A stretch of 62,698 nucleotides of DNA, the filler included, from Sphacelaria rigidula (lineage: Eukaryota), in the NCBI GenBank assembly GCA_964200075.2. It is 10 parts of 10 records of this genome, joined end to end, with 100 filler letters (N's around TTAATTAATTAA, not from the genome) between each part and the next. Parts side by side here need not be neighbours in the genome. Positions count along the whole stretch, not along the records: positions 56,520 to 62,698 come from CAXNAA020021707.1; 9 more parts are not named here. One strand, written 5' to 3'. This document shows positions 57,015-62,698 of this stretch, in pieces; the stretch's first letter is position 1, and every line of letters begins with the position of its first letter. Both the position numbers and the translations under genes were made by a program. A model generated the notes under the pieces. The model saw nothing but the letters and a program-made list of their open reading frames with translations. It ran no database searches and was not told the DNA's origin.

Positions 57015-60000
57015 TTCCGAGAGAGTCAATCCAAGCTCTGTGGCAAGAGTTCAACCTGTGCGCTGATGGCTGGGGTGTGGACCCTGCGTTCTTCGATCAA
57101 CTTTGTCAGGCTATCACGGCATCCATGGGTGTAGATCCAGACGAAAGGGCAGCCCGGGCTCTTTTCGCTGCATTCGACACTGATGAGGTGACATGAAAAG
57201 CATATTCTGGTAGCCGTTGAATACACCAATACCACAACACGACACAAGTGCTTGGACAATGAATCGCATCGCCCAACGCATGGCTTTGCAGCTGTCGCCG
57301 TGATGTGCTCGTCATCCCCGCGAGGATGATGCTGGCCGGCGACCCCACGTGCTCAAACATGGGGTGAAATAGTGTGTTATACGCTCTACGATTTGTACTC
57401 GAGGAACACCACTCAATCCATCACCCGCTTTTCGCCTTAGGTTGGGGTAGTCAATAGTCGTGATATGCTCGCGACCTCCTTGACAACATTATTGCTTGGT
57501 CAATGTCCGCGCCGGCAGAATATGGTGTGCTTCGATAGAGATTGATCAATTCACACGGTTGGTGGACTCGGTTATCAGATGCAGTGTAGCACTCGTTCTG
57601 CGTCTCCATTCTGTGTATTGCACCTCCGCCCTCGACTACAACTCAATATGTACATTTCGTCACGTGAAACAAGGGGTTGCCGCCGCGTACCGTAAGTGTA
57701 CTATGTTGCAAAACGTTACGAGCTTGATACCCCGTGCCATGCGTCTGCTGTCTCCCAGAACAATCTCGTTGATGGTCTGGAGCTGATCTCAACGCTAGGG
57801 ATGCTCTCGGGCATGACGCGAGAGGAAAAGGTACGAAGAGTCATGCTGAGGCTTGAGTGTTGGCAGAGAAAGCGACGTTGCCGCGAAAATATCGGCGATG
57901 GCGGCGTGGCCGCCAGGCGTGGGCCCTCCTTGAAGTGCCACCATTATTATTATTATTATTATTTCCGCACATTAGTTCGATCTCGCGAACCCGTGGTCAC
58001 CAGAGGCAGATAGATACATGGTGCTTTATTTGCTCGAAGGAAGTCGTCAGGGTACTGCTAATGGTCAGATTTCAAGTCTATCACGCTGGCGACTATACAG
58101 GACGACAGCATCAAGTATAGGATTCGTATACCCCGTGCACTGCTGAGCGCATGGTCACACCCGGGCAAGCGGGGCACGGGAGTATGTTCTTCAAGATTGT
58201 CTGGTGCTTTGGTAGATATCTTTCACTTGTGCACAAGCCACAACGCAATTGCAGCAGCGTGAAGTCACTCAGAACCAATCGGCATCTGCAAATACCTCGA
58301 ATTTGTCGCCTGATTTGAGGTGCTCGTGAACCGAGGTCCACATGATGCTCGAAATGGATGAGCGGTTAAATATGCCATTTCGGAGAAGCCTTCATTTTTC
58401 CACGAGTAAAGCATCCCTAGAGGTTGTTCGTAATAGCCTGCGGTACGCGTTTGATAATTAATCTACTTCTAACACAGCTCGGTCACCGTCCGATATGCGC
58501 ATAATCATTAGATGTGTACCGCTGTTCGTATTGCCACGTATCACGAAAGATGTGTTTCGACCCAGTCAATCAGGTAGAGTGGTTCTCCAGCTATGGCGCG
58601 GGAGGGGGATATCGTGCACAGTAAGCGAGTCAGACAGCATTACTTTAAGCAGTATTCGTGGGATATCTTCGACCTTGTGGTTATTTTTCATATCGATATC
58701 ACACCTTGACCACGCCCTGCTCCTGCGAAGCTGAGCGGGGCCAGTGGTTGAGTGTTGTCCCTCGAGGGGGAGGTCTACTCTCAGCACCAACTAGTTCGTG
58801 TTCCTGCTCAGACTCACTTGCAGGATAAGTATCAAAGTGAAATATGCGCCACGAAATGCATGTTCCCGCCAACTTCAGGTGGAGTTCGTGTTCGCGTGCT
58901 ACGACGTAGGAGGGAGGTCTAGTCTTAGCACCAACGAGCTGTTTCTGCTCCTAAAAAGCACCTGCACGGGGCTGTGCAAGCTGTCCGCCACCCAAGCTCC
59001 TGATTCCTCCCGACTCGAGTCTACTGCTAGCTTGGTGAGATTCGACTACATGCGGCGGAATCCGTTTCAAGAGCATGACTAACCCAATCATGACCCTAGC
59101 CCCCTGGCGCAGTTGCCGTTTCCCGCTTCGCCAGTATGTTCTGTGTATTGGTAGGGTACACAACTCTCCTCAAAATACGTATAACTCATGTGGACATGTT
59201 ACACGAACGGAAGTCATCTATACTCTTTCTGCTCGTTTACTGGGAAACGAACATTATTTACATTTAGCCATCGTCCGGCAAGCTATCCTCCAGCAAAGGT
59301 CCAGAGTCCGCCTCGCGCCTATTGCCAACTTGGTGAAACTGGGTTGTTTTTTCCGTCGCGTGGTTTGCCGACTTAGAACACTCTCGACGTGCAGATGAAG
59401 TCCATGTTCGGCCCGTTTGCCGCAAAAAGCACGATACGGCATTTACCCATTGCATCTGAATCAGTCGAGGTTTGCAAAGTAGCATGCATTGATGGAGTTC
59501 TGGGCAGTGGACTGCATACTTCGGCATTGAGAAATTCACGAGTACTGAATTCTAAACGACGCGGCAAATGATGCTAACACGGTCCATCGTTATCCGCTTG
59601 TGTTTCGTGTATTGGAAGGTGTTCATGCACAACACGAAAGATGTCGACGGCGGCTTGTCTCTAGGTACCCTATCCAGCTACTGCGATATCAACCCCGTGG
59701 CCAGTAGCTGGCTTTCTTTCTACGATGATTGCGACGGCAAGGTATTGATAAACAATAGCGAGAACTGGTGCAAAATATGCAGAGCCGCTTGACGTACCGC
59801 ATCGCTCGACCTGGCCGTGATTCGGTGCAAGAGAAAAACAGACCAGCATTTTCCACATAAGTTCAGATGAGGTCTTGTCAGAAGCATTACACTAGCTGAC
59901 CTTCAAACGTTGCATATCCAATTTTTCGGTGCGTATAATGAGCCACCTAGCCCGCCGCCATGTCTTTCCACGACATTCACCAAAGATTGACATCGCCCCT

Positions 60001-62408
60001 TCCCGCAGAAGGAGCAGATTGAGCCGGGTTTACAACAGTTTCGCCGCGGGTGTCCTCTACAGTCTTATAGCTCCATACACCAACCCCTCGGTATCCGAGC
60101 AAAGCAACAGCAACCCTCACACAAAATATACTGTTGACGATCCCCTCTGTTCTTGTATGCTCTCACTTTTTGCCCAACCCTTTGTCATCGCCCGACAAGA
60201 CGCTGCATACATGCCGTCTGGCGAAATGTGACTAGTGTAACCTGTTGCCTGTTGAGCCTTGCTTTCAGTTTGTCGTCGTGGTCATGTTGCTTCTCCACCT
60301 CTCTGATTGGAATAATCTGGGCTACGATACTTCTGATTGGAACTCCCCTTGAGCTGTAGCTGTGATCGTGATCGTCATGTATGCTCTGGTTGTGATTGTT
60401 CCATAGCAACCCTGCTCATCTCGAACTCTATCCTGCTTTCTGTTTCTACACAACGTGCATCCTTACTTGAGGATTTGAACCAGAACAGTGCCGATGGTGA
60501 TGAAGGGCAAACCGCGCCACTAAAACTCCAAAATGACGCCCCGGACGTGTACCGTGAGGAGATGTTTTTCAAGTCAAGATCACAGGCCAGTGACGTAACG
60601 ATAGGGGGGAAGGGGGCATGGGGCACTCCGGTAGCATTTCCCTGAGCAGTACGGCTTCGAGGATGATGCTCTATCACTCCTGACATTGCTCGGAAAGTTC
60701 AGCCTTATTAAACAGCTCGGTCCTATGAGGTTGTACATCAACACGGGAGAGGGGTGAGATCAACATATTTATTGTATGTATAAGCGATAAACACGAAAGT
60801 GCTTGCGGCGTTCAACGGTGTTGGAAATGAGCGACACCTATACTATTGCGAACGGGGGTACCTTCGGCATACGGGTCAGCACTGCGGGGAAAATTTGAAC
60901 CGAAAACATCCGCCGTACATGTCTAGATGTAACCTGAAGGGCCACGAACATCCCGCGCCTATGGTTAAATGACTCAGGCCCAAGAGAACGCCAACATTGG
61001 TGCAGACGAGGGAGTGCCGAGTGCGAAAGATGCTCCGACAGGATCATGGGTTGAGTCGGCGAAAGAGCTCATCCCACCAAAGCCTGCTCCAGAGGTAAGG
61101 GGGGGCAATGGCAGTTTCGGTTAACACTATGTTGAGGGTTACGCATCACTTCTGTCCGTACCGAACCTACAGTTATGTCAGTTCTTTAACGATTCTGGTG
61201 CAGACATCATCGGATAAATCGACAACGAAAGCTCATACTCCCATATGCTAGTGTTTATCAAAATTCCGAAATAAATCTAGCCACGACGCCCTCCTCTCAG
61301 CCGAGACGCGGGTATAGCTGCCATAGGTTACTACGTCTAAAATCCCAAGCAACTGAGGTTACATCTGGACCAAGATCTGGAGCTAGTACTCTGATTGCCG
61401 TGTGAAGCCACACGGTGTACCGCTGTGTTACTATGCTGCGTTGTGATGGATTGCGCATTGTGAGCAGTGTCATCACTGTGCGGCACGGACATCAATCGCC
61501 CGCCATGCCCCAACGTTCACAGCGCCATCATCAGCAAGCCAAATCGGCATCCAACGTGTTTTTCTCGCGATATATTATCCACGAAACCTTGCAGGAGAGT
61601 GAAGAACACGAACAAGATGACCCCGACAACGAAGACGAATCCAACGCAGCAGCCACGGGCGCGGCAAAACCTCCCCCACCCCCGCCGCCACCACCCTCAG
61701 CACCGCCGGCACCCGATACCCAACTCTCACTGGAGTGGGTGTACGGCTACTCGGCTGCCGCATCGCGTTCCTCTGTTTTCTATACTGCCGGTGACTGCTC
61801 CAATGATAGGGGCTAGCGATCGAATGCTATACTGTGTACCCTAGCAGTAGTGCCTTTTGGAGGTGTTTAGCGGTCCGGGCGGTGGGTGGGCAAGAACTAC
61901 CCTTTGAAGGAGTCCCCGGAGAATGAGAAGCATTTGGTGCTCTTCACTCCTGGAAAACACTACCGGTCAAATTAGTGTCCTATATTGATGCTTCCGAGTC
62001 GATCGAGGAAAACCGGGGCGGCTACGAACGTTACGATGAAGACTAGCCCGACCTCACGATGAGAAGAATCCGTTACCGTCGCCCGGAATTAGTGCTGGCA
62101 CTCCTCTCTGGTGTTATTGCACTCGTAGCCCGTGCTCGTAGTACCGGCGTCAAGCAGTACCTCTTTAAGAATGTTTAGGCACTGCCGGTGTTGTATGATG
62201 ACCTCTGCGGACACAGTGTCCACGAGGTAGTGACGGAAGCCTCCTGTATTGCCTACCCCACCGCGTCTATCGTTGAGCGACTTAGGCTCTGTGACAGTCG
62301 GTGCTGAAGGCAAGGCGGTGGTTGGAGGGGTGGGCGTTGTTTATCCTGCAGGAAAAGTGGCTGTCGTGCTGTCTCCACCAGTTGATGAAGAGGGGGGCGA
62401 AGTGGAAG
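57015..62408 (+). CDS. EF-hand + HELP-motif EML-like (echinoderm microtubule-associated protein-like) protein, 5' part (exons 57015-57187, 57759-57830, 58879-59034, 59619-59741, 60484-60630, 61595-61790, 62286-62408)
   Basis: EF-hands LFAAFDTDE|NNLVDGLELI and VFACYDVGGRSSLSTNEL; HELP motif PDTQLSLEWVYGY...R..VFY followed by VVYPAGKVAVV. All splice phases are compatible. Confidence 0.88.
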
Positions 62409-62698
62409 GTGAGTTGGTTGACTCGAGATGATTGCTTGAAACTCTTATATAGAAGCGTACGGGCGTGTTTTCATGGTACTCAACGACGCTTACTGCTGCC
62501 TATAGTTACGGAAAGCCCAAGGAACGGGCGTGTGGGATGACACGGACGTTCCAGTACAACTAGCTCGTGGTAGTTGTGGGTGTTTGAACTGTGACCATGC
62601 CGGCGTTTACTACTACCTATCTCGATGTTTACCAACACGAGCATTATGCATCAAGCGACACTAGTCACATCACGGGGGGGGGGGGGGACGCCTTTGTT

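Overview
This window is not one locus. It is ten unrelated ~6.18-kb eukaryotic contigs in descending length order (1-6181, 6282-12461, 12562-18741, 18842-25021, 25122-31301, 31402-37581, 37682-43861, 43962-50140, 50241-56419, 56520-62698). They are joined by artificial 100-nt N-TTAATTAATTAA-N spacers, so adjacency between contigs means nothing biologically. The source is probably a brown alga (Phaeophyceae), inferred from short GT-AG exons in long repeat-rich introns, EsV-1-7 repeat exons and TTAGGG-type repeats. Host gene fragments are a secreted Cys-rich repeat protein, an EsV-1-7 domain protein, a Strawberry notch (SBNO) homologue, a cyclophilin last exon, a WD40 protein and an EF-hand + HELP (EML-like) protein. 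Mobile DNA dominates: a decayed Ty1/copia element with a nested LTR end, two decayed copies of one Ty3/gypsy family, a LINE RT remnant and several MITE families. The most interesting signals are (i) a probable tRNA-derived SINE reconstructed from contig ends, (ii) a variably truncated repeat that ends in, and appears to target, poly(C) tracts, (iii) TIR elements carrying telomere-repeat cores, (iv) GAG...CTC MITEs with 4-bp TSDs (Sola2-like), and (v) a convergent pair of diverged paralogous ORFs of unknown family. I see no convincing complete multi-gene novel system. All alignments were done by eye and no searches were run.
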